Virus record (IMG/VR): IMGVR_UViG_3300028829_003504
Span: 124,001-188,000 of that record
Length of the DNA: 64,000 nucleotides
Reading direction: 5' to 3' (one strand)
The notes beneath the pieces were generated by a model. That model saw nothing but the letters and a program-made list of their open reading frames with translations. It was not told the DNA's origin and did not search any database. A program made the translations under genes and the position numbers. Positions 1-9,369 of this stretch are shown in pieces; position 1 is the first letter of the stretch, and every line of letters begins with the position of its first letter.

Positions 1-686
1 ATAATGTTGGCGATAAACTGCTCCAACATTAAGTGCTTCATCCGCTTAGATAAGTTTTTTTGTTTCTCTAAAAGATAACTAACTAAGTCTGCCTGAGTAA
101 CAGCGTGTATATAAGACTCTAAGGAAGTATCAGGCTCGATGTCCGCACCGAAACAATCCCGCATAACGGCTTCCAAATGGGCATTAGCACTATCGCCAGC
201 AAAAGCAAGAGGAGCATGAGAGGCTAACATTAACTCAGTCATTTCCTCAGTAATGGTTTTAGTGTTTTCTACAATATTTTCTATATAGTCTTCATCTACG
301 TCGATGACATTACCGAAAGGTATAGAACTTTCGTCTATAGTAGGTACAGAAGATAGTATAGTAGGTACTAAGTGATTCCGATGCTCGACTTCAACGACTT
401 CATCAGGTCCTATTAGTATACCTTCGTCGTCAAATTCGCCGTCGTCGTAAGACGGGACTACGCTCTCACCATCAAGGTCGCTGTCCCAAATAGGTTCATC
501 ATAATCATCGACGTAGGCAGGTTCGATAACAACTCTATCAGTAACTGGGATAGCTTGGCTACCGTCTAATGTAGGTAATATGTAAACACCGCTAAGTCCA
601 TCAGTAATGAACCCGTGTATTTCAGAGGAGGGGTTCGCCTCCCCTGAGCAAGCCCCGTAAACGGGATGCTCTAGGTTCTTTGTCAT
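1..686 (-). CDS. Hypothetical acidic protein, runs off the left edge
   Basis: ATG at 686 overlaps the helicase stop (ATGA). Frame MTKNLEHPVYGACS... stays open to position 1. Not in the supplied ORF track. Confidence 0.8.
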   Translation of the reverse strand, partial: MTKNLEHPVYGACSGEANPSSEIHGFITDGLSGVYILPTLDGSQAIPVTDRVVIEPAYVDDYDEPIWDSDLDGESVVPSYDDGEFDDEGILIGPDEVVEVEHRNHLVPTILSSVPTIDESSIPFGNVIDVDEDYIENIVENTKTITEEMTELMLASHAPLAFAGDSANAHLEAVMRDCFGADIEPDTSLESYIHAVTQADLVSYLLEKQKNLSKRMKHLMLEQFIANI

Positions 687-2134
687 TCTAGTGCGAAATC
701 CTTCTTACGTTTCTTGCTTGATTTATCTTTAAGGGCTTTCTTACTACTTCCAATACGCTTACTACGTTTGAAGCCTTTACCTTTAACTTTTTTGGCATCA
801 TCATTAAGGAGGGATCCATCTGAGTCGTTGTCGTCGTCATCGGAAGGATCAAGTCGCTTAGTTGAAGAGCCATCCATGTTGCTGACTCGCATTCTGTCAA
901 ACTCCTCTTTCAAGTCAAACGGCATTAACTCACCGTCACGGTTCTTATCTACTTTAATGTGTAGGATTTTCTCAGCACGGACTTCCTCCTCAGAGTAGTT
1001 CCACTTCCACATAACGTCACAATGTTCTTTAATACCTTTAGAGTAACGTAGCTTACTTGAGGTATCATCCAATTGACAAAGTAGTATAACTAGAGTACCT
1101 GTCGCTACCGAAAAACGCTTACAGATTGCGGCAATCTCAGATAATTTACGCCATTGATTTTCGTCATCAACCCCGTCCAGTAGACTGATGTAATCCAAAC
1201 AGATTACCTTATAGTTAAACGGACGGACCATTGATAGTACCTCATCTATGGTCATAGACTTTGTAGGTGCAACTAAGCCAAACTGAGTACCAGCTTTCAA
1301 TTTAAGTGCATCCCACTCCAACATTTTACGCTCAAGCTCTTTCTTCTCGCGCTTAGATAATTTACCTTGCTTGATCTTCCAGAACGGAGCTCCTGTTACC
1401 ATAGCGATTAAGCGATTAGTCTCTTGCTCAATACTCATTTCCAATGTAATACGGACAGTACTTATCGAGTTTAAGTCATTTAGATTTGCCAGTAGATTGG
1501 TTGAAGTTACTGATTTACCTCCTGACGTTGTAGCTGCGATAATCATAACGCCTGACGTAGGGAGTCCGCCGCTGTGTTCATCAAAGTCCTTGTAGCCCGT
1601 CTTGTACATACGTTCGGCAGGAGAATAGAGAACCTTATTGAGGACTTTCTGCATGTTACCACGCAAACCAAAGTTATAGATAGTCTGATCTTCTGAGTAG
1701 TTGCGATTGGCGTGATTCATATCGTTCCCGATTTCCTCAAACACACTCTCAACGTCAACGGACTCTCCTTCTAAGGCCTCACTAATCTTTTTACCTATAT
1801 CGTATAGCGACCTAATCTTACGATACCCATCTAACTGCTCCACTAAGGCTTTCGTCGATCTCTTAGTCTTACAGGGTTTAACATCTGTTTCTTCAAACAG
1901 TTCTCGATACTCTTCACTCAGTCCAGGGTCTTGGAGAAGGTCTTCCCAATCCATAATCTGGGCTTTCTTCTGAGCTATCTTTTGAAAACGGCTAAGTGCT
2001 TTACGTGCCGGGTCCAAATGGAACATCGACTTGTCTAGCTTACCTAGTATTGCAAGGCGCATGTTTTCAGGTATAGTATCAGAACCGAGAGTGCGGAGCA
2101 TTTGTATTTCACCACGTTGGTTAAATAGCTTCAT
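683..2134 (-). CDS. dnaB: DnaB-like (SF4) replicative helicase
   Basis: Walker A AATTSGGKS, ITLEMS, Walker B LDYISLL, LCQL, KNRDG arginine finger; acidic then Lys-rich tail. Confidence 0.93.
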   Translation of the reverse strand: MKLFNQRGEIQMLRTLGSDTIPENMRLAILGKLDKSMFHLDPARKALSRFQKIAQKKAQIMDWEDLLQDPGLSEEYRELFEETDVKPCKTKRSTKALVEQLDGYRKIRSLYDIGKKISEALEGESVDVESVFEEIGNDMNHANRNYSEDQTIYNFGLRGNMQKVLNKVLYSPAERMYKTGYKDFDEHSGGLPTSGVMIIAATTSGGKSVTSTNLLANLNDLNSISTVRITLEMSIEQETNRLIAMVTGAPFWKIKQGKLSKREKKELERKMLEWDALKLKAGTQFGLVAPTKSMTIDEVLSMVRPFNYKVICLDYISLLDGVDDENQWRKLSEIAAICKRFSVATGTLVILLCQLDDTSSKLRYSKGIKEHCDVMWKWNYSEEEVRAEKILHIKVDKNRDGELMPFDLKEEFDRMRVSNMDGSSTKRLDPSDDDDNDSDGSLLNDDAKKVKGKGFKRSKRIGSSKKALKDKSSKKRKKDFALE

Positions 2135-2142
2135 CTATATGA

Positions 2143-2547
2143 TCACTTTCTAGGTTTAGCGACGCAAAACTGATTTAACTCTGGTCTACTTGTACTTATT
2201 TTATCTAACCAGTGCTGCATCGTTTCGTTGTTAGGATTAATCTTATAGTGTTTTACACCTTTCGTTTTTGTAGATGGCCAGAAATGTATGGCATTAAATA
2301 CTTCCCTGGACATCAATACGGCAACTACCTTATCTATCAGATCTTTATCGATTGCGTACTTCTTTAGAATCCATTTAATGGATTTCACGGTTATGTTTGG
2401 ATTCTCCGTAATAGTCCTATACGTCAAGTATATGACCATTCGCTTGTAGTCAATATCGGGTGTGCCTGATATCAAGGCCAGTGCTTTCTTCTCGGTATCG
2501 GCGATGCTTACTGCCGCCGATCCTATTTCATTTTTTAATTCTGGCAT
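2143..2547 (-). CDS. Hypothetical protein, possibly winged-helix
   Basis: 134 aa ORF tightly packed in the operon. Confidence 0.6.
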   Translation of the reverse strand: MPELKNEIGSAAVSIADTEKKALALISGTPDIDYKRMVIYLTYRTITENPNITVKSIKWILKKYAIDKDLIDKVVAVLMSREVFNAIHFWPSTKTKGVKHYKINPNNETMQHWLDKISTSRPELNQFCVAKPRK

Positions 2548-2550
2548 AAA

Positions 2551-3741
2551 TTATCCCAATTCAATTGCGAGTTCTTTAGCAGACTTTACCAAGAATCTTA
2601 CCATAGTATCTACAGGTACGTTTAAATACTCAGATAGTATAGGCATAAACTCGTCGCGTGTTTTTTCCTCAATAAAGTCCACTCCAGTTTTTATATCCGC
2701 TTTGATTAATTGTTTTTTCCTCAACCAACGATCGAACCCATCAACCTGTCGGCCAACAACGATCAATAGTAGTCTAGATTTGCGGAGCCTTGACTTACGT
2801 GAACTTACAGGGCAGGCTAGTATACTGTGAAGTAATTGGTCTATCGACATACTGAATTCACGGTGTGCTATGATATCGCGGCTGGGTTCGATACATCCCA
2901 TTTCATCATAAGTTCTAGTATCGTCCCCGTTCTCACCGCCAGTACTTAATCGCATCTGACTTTCGGAAGAAGTACGTTGAACAAACACCGCACCTTCTTG
3001 ATTATCAGTACCTACATTAACTAAGCGTTGCCTACTTTCCGAAGTATAATGCTTAATCATGTTTATCCTATGATTCGACATCGATGCACGTAAGCGATTA
3101 AGGTGGTGCTCGTAGCTAACTTCATTAGGACTATAGTAGTAATGCGTTTTCAGGGCATGAGCCACCAAGTCTGTAGTGAATTCGTCGCGGTCAAAGTTCT
3201 CTGACTTAACGACAAAAGATAGTTTACGTACAGCACGTTTAGCGTGAGTATTTAACTCGTCGATCATGGATGTAAAAGTATCGCACATTTCGAAATAGGC
3301 TTCAGGTGTTACCGACTCAGATTTAATTACCTTCACTTTAGCTGAGTTAGCTATACTAGCCCTAACACCACGCCTTCCTAATATCCAGTAGATGGCCTCC
3401 GCGTCTTCTTCGTATACTTTATATTTTCTAGCCATTGCATGAGTACTGTCCTCACATAATGCTTTGCTAGTCTTACATAGGTGTAATACGAAGAATTTTA
3501 GGCAAGACATAGTATAACCAGATTCACGTAACGCTAGACGGAATTTACTTGCGGTGATTCTTAGTTCTTTAAAGTTAACTACTGCTCCCAACTTCTTATT
3601 GAAGTTCGCATAGTCAACAGAGTTGACGCAGTATCGTAAGCACAACTCAAAAGAATCTTCAAATTCCTCCGACTGGTAATCTACGTTTAGTATCTCACAT
3701 AAAAGGAAGGACAAACTTGATCTGTTTTTTATTAGTTCCAT
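2551..3741 (-). CDS. Putative divergent sigma-factor-like transcription factor
   Basis: Start placed at MELIKNRSS (GGAGG RBS). Segment DRDEFTTDLVAHALKTHYYY...LRASMSNHRINMIKHYT loosely matches sigma region 2; possible C-terminal HTH. Confidence 0.45.
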   Translation of the reverse strand: MELIKNRSSLSFLLCEILNVDYQSEEFEDSFELCLRYCVNSVDYANFNKKLGAVVNFKELRITASKFRLALRESGYTMSCLKFFVLHLCKTSKALCEDSTHAMARKYKVYEEDAEAIYWILGRRGVRASIANSAKVKVIKSESVTPEAYFEMCDTFTSMIDELNTHAKRAVRKLSFVVKSENFDRDEFTTDLVAHALKTHYYYSPNEVSYEHHLNRLRASMSNHRINMIKHYTSESRQRLVNVGTDNQEGAVFVQRTSSESQMRLSTGGENGDDTRTYDEMGCIEPSRDIIAHREFSMSIDQLLHSILACPVSSRKSRLRKSRLLLIVVGRQVDGFDRWLRKKQLIKADIKTGVDFIEEKTRDEFMPILSEYLNVPVDTMVRFLVKSAKELAIELG

Positions 3742-3757
3742 TGACAACACGCCTCCC

Positions 3758-4627
3758 TTAAAGCATATCGTTAAGTTCAATAGTACCTTTATTGGAGGTT
3801 TTTGTTTCTTTCTTTCTATACGATTTGTTCTTGACCCAGTTACCTCCAGCCACATCGCTTGCGAAGTCTGTAAGATCGTATGTGCGTTTTGATTTTTTAG
3901 CAGGCTTGTGTCCGTTAACTTTCATGACATCTGACATACCGACTACCATACCATCAAGTGACTCACTAGGCATTGCGGACAAATCGAATTCGTCAAGAGG
4001 TATAATAGATTTAGAAGTATTACGCTCTATATCAGGGTCGGTATGACGCCCCTTACTAACCATTAAATCTTTAAGTGGTTTGAAGTTTTTGCTACTATAG
4101 AGACTAGGCCCATTAAGTCCTGTATTCTCGTAAGATAAAGTGTAACGGCGCTCACGGGGATCGGCTGCAAATAGTTTGACTTCGTGATCATTTGCATATA
4201 AAACATAAGCACTCATGAAGTTACTAACGTAGTTAGACTTCTGGGTACCTCTATACCGTACGTAAACACGTTGGCCGAATGAGTAGCCATGTTTTCGGGT
4301 TTCGCCTTCTTGTAGAAACAAAGAGGCTACTAGTTTGAATTTCTCAGGAGGTACGCGGCGCATAATCTGACGTATGAAGGTAAACACATCTTCAAATGCG
4401 TCTCCTTCCATATCAAGCAGGGAAAATGCGTCGGGTTTAAATTTGGGGCAGGCTTTCTTAACTTCGTCCATACCTTGTTCAGAACATGAAGTGTTACTTC
4501 CATCAATTAACGCTTCTCTGTTAAGACCGACACAATCACCACAGTTTAGTAGCCCTGTTGTGATTTTTCTTGTTGGGAAGTTTTTTGTTATGTCTTGTGG
4601 TCTTATGTTCTCTGCAACTTTTGTCAT
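3758..4627 (-). CDS. Hypothetical protein with N-terminal Cys cluster
   Basis: CGDC...CS...CPKF motif; 289 aa. Confidence 0.7.
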   Translation of the reverse strand: MTKVAENIRPQDITKNFPTRKITTGLLNCGDCVGLNREALIDGSNTSCSEQGMDEVKKACPKFKPDAFSLLDMEGDAFEDVFTFIRQIMRRVPPEKFKLVASLFLQEGETRKHGYSFGQRVYVRYRGTQKSNYVSNFMSAYVLYANDHEVKLFAADPRERRYTLSYENTGLNGPSLYSSKNFKPLKDLMVSKGRHTDPDIERNTSKSIIPLDEFDLSAMPSESLDGMVVGMSDVMKVNGHKPAKKSKRTYDLTDFASDVAGGNWVKNKSYRKKETKTSNKGTIELNDML

Positions 4628-5075
4628 GGGGTATACCTTTATTATTTAATGTGAATTCAACACAGTACTTAACTAGATTAGATAGGTTAGTAATACCTTC
4701 TGATTTCAGATCTAGTTTAAGTATATCAATTGCGATTCTGAGCTGGCGTGATGCCTTAAACCCAGGAACCAATATAAGCTTATCCTCCTGAGAGACGGGA
4801 GGATTTAGCATAGAAGACAGTAAGACATTAAACCATATATCGGCTCTTTGCTCACAATCTGCTTTAATCCAGTACCTTTGCTTCGGCTGCTTACCACTTC
4901 CTTTAAGTAACGCGTAATAAGCATCCGCCTTGTGGTGAAGTGTATCATGGCAATCTCCACACAAGGGTATCTGAATACTATCCTCTCCGCCAAGTGAACG
5001 GGGAATCGTATGGTGCCAGTTTATGGTAAATGTCTTGTCATTACAGATAAGACATTGTTCTGACTTAGCTCCCAC
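4536..5075 (-). CDS. HNH endonuclease-domain protein
   Basis: CLIC...WHHTIPRSLGG...LCGDCHDTLH is a Zn-finger HNH signature. Confidence 0.85.
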   Translation of the reverse strand: MGAKSEQCLICNDKTFTINWHHTIPRSLGGEDSIQIPLCGDCHDTLHHKADAYYALLKGSGKQPKQRYWIKADCEQRADIWFNVLLSSMLNPPVSQEDKLILVPGFKASRQLRIAIDILKLDLKSEGITNLSNLVKYCVEFTLNNKGIPHDKSCREHKTTRHNKKLPNKKNHNRATKLW

Positions 5076-5084
5076 GAATCAATA

Positions 5085-6404
5085 TCACTTAGTAGGTTTG
5101 GATAGTTTGGCTTTACTCTGCCAAGGGAGTCCCCAACGCAATATCTTCATATTACCGCCAGTTAAAGAGGTCATGCGTCTATATAGCATTGTCGGTATAA
5201 ACCAATACATGACTAAATCAGAGTTCTTCGGGTTAGTCATAGGACTGCCCGTTATCAACGTGTAGTCGTTAGAACTCCGTGAACTTAATTCTTCCACAGT
5301 GTGCTGTGCGGTTGTAAACAATACGCTGCTTGGATCTAGTACACGTTTCTCTCTGGCCTTTAGTCTGCGTGAAGCATCTTTCTTCTGGTTATCAAGTTCA
5401 GCATGTTTGTCCTGTACGATCTTCAATTCTTTCTGAAAAGCTTTTAGGCTATTCATTACCTCACGAAGTAGTTCAGGAGTTTTATATAAATTCTTAGCTA
5501 AAGTATCAAAGTTAATACCTTGCTCCGATTCCATACGCTCAATGAATTTGGCTTGCTGGTCTTTAGTTTTCTTATTGAAGAGTTGGGCGATTTGGCTTTG
5601 CTTGGCTTTAATCTGTCTATTAAGATTACGCCTCATAGTTCCGTTCTTTTTAGAATCCGATGTTTCTTTGTATTCATCAAATTCTTCTTGCGCTAGTTCC
5701 ATTGCAGCCTTCTTACTAAACATAAGTAAGTTTTGGTTTTCAAAAACAACCATAGCCGTAGCACCTGCATAGTCCTTGCCGGAACTAATTCGATTAAACG
5801 GAATGCCTAATTTCTGCAATGTATTTGAACGCATGAACGCAGCCTGTTCGAACTGGGACATGACGGGGAGTTCTATGACTTGAATACCACCAGGGTTTCT
5901 CAACTTAGAAGGTATTTTATTTAGATACTTAGAACGGTATCTTTGGAATAGATCTTTAGTATCGCCTGAGCGTTCTTGATCTCGCTCTTGTCGGTTCTTG
6001 TCGAGCAAGTCGGCAAGTTCCTCGGAGCCTTTACCTGAATTAGATTCAGCAATCAATTTCTGATGGTTTAGGTAATTGGTGTGTAAAGTTTGCGCATCAT
6101 CAATAAATTCAGTTAACTTCCCACTAACCATAATTTTCATTTGAGCAAACTTCAATTCTTTAGATTGAACTCCATCTTGAATACCTTTAACGACATTCAA
6201 GGTATTCTTTAACTTTTTACGTATACCTGAGATAGAAGGAGTTTTTCCAGTTGCAGATAGAAATGACTCGATACTTTCTACGGTTGACGCGGTTGCTTCC
6301 AACATAACTTGGCGACCCTTAAGAGGATTGCTTTTGTCTAATGCTTGAGACTGGAAGGCTGTAACTGCTGAGATTACCTCAGCGATGTTTTCGTTAATAC
6401 TCAT
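5085..6404 (-). CDS. Hypothetical coiled-coil protein
   Basis: 439 aa with long helical K/E/Q stretches; TAATTTA motif upstream. Confidence 0.75.
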   Translation of the reverse strand: MSINENIAEVISAVTAFQSQALDKSNPLKGRQVMLEATASTVESIESFLSATGKTPSISGIRKKLKNTLNVVKGIQDGVQSKELKFAQMKIMVSGKLTEFIDDAQTLHTNYLNHQKLIAESNSGKGSEELADLLDKNRQERDQERSGDTKDLFQRYRSKYLNKIPSKLRNPGGIQVIELPVMSQFEQAAFMRSNTLQKLGIPFNRISSGKDYAGATAMVVFENQNLLMFSKKAAMELAQEEFDEYKETSDSKKNGTMRRNLNRQIKAKQSQIAQLFNKKTKDQQAKFIERMESEQGINFDTLAKNLYKTPELLREVMNSLKAFQKELKIVQDKHAELDNQKKDASRRLKAREKRVLDPSSVLFTTAQHTVEELSSRSSNDYTLITGSPMTNPKNSDLVMYWFIPTMLYRRMTSLTGGNMKILRWGLPWQSKAKLSKPTK

Positions 6405-6540
6405 TTTTGATCCCTAATTATAAGTGCGATTAAACACTGACGCTTTGAGCGTAAGAGCGGCCTCTATGCGAGTCCTGCAATTAGAATTTTAAATTATTAT
6501 TTTTGTTCAAGGTATCTTAGGTGTGTCTTGAGATTAAGTA

Positions 6541-7047
6541 TCAATCTCTGTTTAATTGTCGTAACCAATTGGAAGTATCTTTACTAGATACAATACGCAG
6601 CGCTGTTTCTCGGTCAAAACCATCTGCTGCTAAACGTTCTACTATTTCACTGTTAATGCTGGCACCTCCTTCAAGGGCTTCTAATATACTAATGCCTCGG
6701 GCGACCATAACAGTACCCAAGGCAATTAGTATTTTACCGTCGGTAACATGGCAATCACGTACCTTATCGGAATCTTCGTATTCACTAGAATCAACCGAAA
6801 GACCTTCTTTAGATGTAGAGTCGGCACCTTTAAGGTACCACTTAAGGTATTCTTCACCATAATACTCTTCAGGTACTACAGTATCCATACCCGATTCGTC
6901 TAAGTAAGGATTTTGAATACATGAACCATGTGAAGTGAAACTATCTAAAACATCCGTCATCAGGTCATTGTTTGAAAATATACGGCGGCGTTCGATATTT
7001 TCTAATTCAGGTGTTCTAAAGTTTGAAGTATTGATTAGATTTGTCAT
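6541..7047 (-). CDS. Hypothetical protein
   Basis: 168 aa, AAGGA RBS, downstream of a TATAAT promoter. Confidence 0.7.
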   Translation of the reverse strand: MTNLINTSNFRTPELENIERRRIFSNNDLMTDVLDSFTSHGSCIQNPYLDESGMDTVVPEEYYGEEYLKWYLKGADSTSKEGLSVDSSEYEDSDKVRDCHVTDGKILIALGTVMVARGISILEALEGGASINSEIVERLAADGFDRETALRIVSSKDTSNWLRQLNRD

Positions 7048-7197
7048 ACTGAGTTTCCTTTTAGTTAATAGAAATTGCGTCTTCTTAGAGACACTGCATT
7101 ATATCAAATTGGAACCTTGATGTATACAGAGAAATGAGACGGCGCTAGGCAAGTTAGGTCCTGTACGTATTATGACCACCTACCTAGAGACGTGTTC

Positions 7198-8796
7198 TTA
7201 CTTCTTCATTTTCTGCGTTTTAGTTTTAGCATTGAAATCATACTTAGGTGAAAGTGCCTTGTACTTCTTAACACGTTCTACTAAGTCAGCTTCGATGCGG
7301 GCATTCGGAGATTTACGCTCTTTAGCCAGAGACTTAATTTCCGCTTTAAGTTCTTTAATCGTTTTGACTATAGCAGAACGCTCAAGAGAGGCAAGGCGTC
7401 TAATCTGCAGGTCAAGGATACGTTTAGCGTATTCGACGGGTTTCTTAATTGCTTTACTTAAGGCGGCATCAGGCTCTTTCGCTTTAAGTACTTTAGGTAG
7501 TACTTTAAGTATCAAGTCTCTATTATCCACGGCGAACAATAATAGTTCTTGGTAATCAAGTTTGCGGGTTGCTTCTTTAATCAAGTAATCTATGTAGTCA
7601 ATTTCTAACTTGATGCGGTACTTAATCCAAGTATTAATAAATTGAGGAACATTAGGACGTTCGAACGTTACCTTGTCTATGTGCTTATGCGTACAGCCTA
7701 GATCAAAGTGCTCTTTAGTGGTAAGAATCTTTTCAACTTTCTCAGCCAGTTCGAAGAACTTGTCTTCACTAATTCCGCGCTTAGGTTCAACGATGTATAA
7801 GCAGCCATAAGGACCAGAACGACCATACTTATCTTTCTTACCCGTTCTATCGTAAGCACGCTGTACTGAGTCTAAAGCGTTAATCTTTTCGAGCTGCTTA
7901 ACAACTGAGGCTCCGCGAAAACCAGGGCTGTAGGATTGAATACTAATCTTCTTGGCTGCATCTTTGTTTTTGTGCTCCCACGTAGCAGATATGACAGGTG
8001 TAAAGGCCATGCTACCTCGTCCAGTCTTAATCAGCTCTGCGAAGTCATCGGCAGAAGTGACATCAATTGAGCCGTAAGGGTAGTGTACTTCAAGATTCTT
8101 AATGCAGGCTTTTTCAGTAATAGCCTTACCTCGTAGACCTCCGCGTAACAACTTAACAATACCTTCAATCGCGAATGGAGGATTACCAGCACGTACACCA
8201 TAAGCAGGTGCAGTAGGATTACCCATCATCAACATGACTGGCAGTAGGGCAGGTAAGTGGACAGGCATCATTGCTGTGTTGTCGAAGTTCTGCTGCATAG
8301 GTACAACATTCAAGTAGCCGCTATCTAGTAGGAATAACTTGCTGAATACAGATAGACGAGCTTCGGTATATCGATAAGCAGCAGCACCATCGACTGGGCT
8401 ACCCCAATTACCTTCGCCACGCACTAGCTTAGGGCTAGCGTTAGCTAAAGTAACCATTGCATCGTAACAAGCACCGTCACCATGCGGGTGATAAGAACCA
8501 ATTGTGTCACCTACAACTTTAGCGGACTTACGTGTCTTAGCCGTATAAGTTAAATTCAATTGCTGCATTGCCCATAATAAAGCTCTATGGACAGGTTTCA
8601 ATCCGTCACGATGTTCTGGTATAGCGCGTTCTTCAACAACATATGAACCATATATCTTTAGGGCCATCGATGCAAAGTTATTAATCGAGATATCTTTAAA
8701 CGTATCTGGATTCATAATATGGACGGAGCCTTTAGCCATACTAGTTTTACTAGTCTTGGCTATCCGAGTGGCATTCTTTTTTGTTCTATTAGTCAT
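7198..8796 (-). CDS. gyrA: Type IIA topoisomerase A subunit (GyrA/ParC-like), no C-terminal pinwheel
   Basis: RAIPEHRDGLKPVHR, YHPHGD, GNWGS, catalytic AAYRYTEARL. Start placed at MTNRTKK. Confidence 0.93.
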   Translation of the reverse strand: MTNRTKKNATRIAKTSKTSMAKGSVHIMNPDTFKDISINNFASMALKIYGSYVVEERAIPEHRDGLKPVHRALLWAMQQLNLTYTAKTRKSAKVVGDTIGSYHPHGDGACYDAMVTLANASPKLVRGEGNWGSPVDGAAAYRYTEARLSVFSKLFLLDSGYLNVVPMQQNFDNTAMMPVHLPALLPVMLMMGNPTAPAYGVRAGNPPFAIEGIVKLLRGGLRGKAITEKACIKNLEVHYPYGSIDVTSADDFAELIKTGRGSMAFTPVISATWEHKNKDAAKKISIQSYSPGFRGASVVKQLEKINALDSVQRAYDRTGKKDKYGRSGPYGCLYIVEPKRGISEDKFFELAEKVEKILTTKEHFDLGCTHKHIDKVTFERPNVPQFINTWIKYRIKLEIDYIDYLIKEATRKLDYQELLLFAVDNRDLILKVLPKVLKAKEPDAALSKAIKKPVEYAKRILDLQIRRLASLERSAIVKTIKELKAEIKSLAKERKSPNARIEADLVERVKKYKALSPKYDFNAKTKTQKMKK

Positions 8797-8807
8797 TATA
8801 ATTCCAA

Positions 8808-9347
8808 TTATTCGTTGCAGTCGGTGCAATCACTATTTACACTTTTAAGTGTATTAGACCTATTATGTGTAGAGGTACTTAGTCTACCGGACGTAATACC
8901 TTGAAAACTAGATCCGTTCAAAGTGACAGGCTTACTTATGAAGAAAGGCTGCAAAGCATTATATAGCAGACTAGGCACTCCTTGATTAAGTTCCATGTAC
9001 GAAGTAAGCGACTCATACTGGTCAAGCACCTTGCTGGTAATAGATCTTTGCAGTAAAGCGTAACGCCATTCGTGCAGGTCCTCAGTATTATAATCCAAGG
9101 CACGGCCTTTAACATAGTTCTCTAAGCCCTCAGGGTCAGTACAATTAGTGAGTCCGTTAATTGAATTCTTAGTAATCTCAAATTTATCATTAAGAATTAT
9201 GCTGGACGCAAAAGACATAGAGGCTATAGGATAGGTTGTAATAATCTTATCACCTATGTCATGTACTATTACGGGCATTTTAAGTACAACGATTTCAGGA
9301 TCGTGTGCTCTGACCCTAGGCCATTGTAGTAATAAATAGTGAAACAT
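8808..9347 (-). CDS. Hypothetical protein between the topoisomerase subunit genes
   Basis: 179 aa ORF filling the gyrB-gyrA gap. Confidence 0.7.
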   Translation of the reverse strand: MFHYLLLQWPRVRAHDPEIVVLKMPVIVHDIGDKIITTYPIASMSFASSIILNDKFEITKNSINGLTNCTDPEGLENYVKGRALDYNTEDLHEWRYALLQRSITSKVLDQYESLTSYMELNQGVPSLLYNALQPFFISKPVTLNGSSFQGITSGRLSTSTHNRSNTLKSVNSDCTDCNE

Positions 9348-9369
9348 GCGGGGTTCCTATTATTCGAGA

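Noticed and set aside
4536-5075. HNH gene as an intron-borne mobile element
   Set aside because: It does not interrupt a gene and there is no flanking intron-like non-coding sequence.
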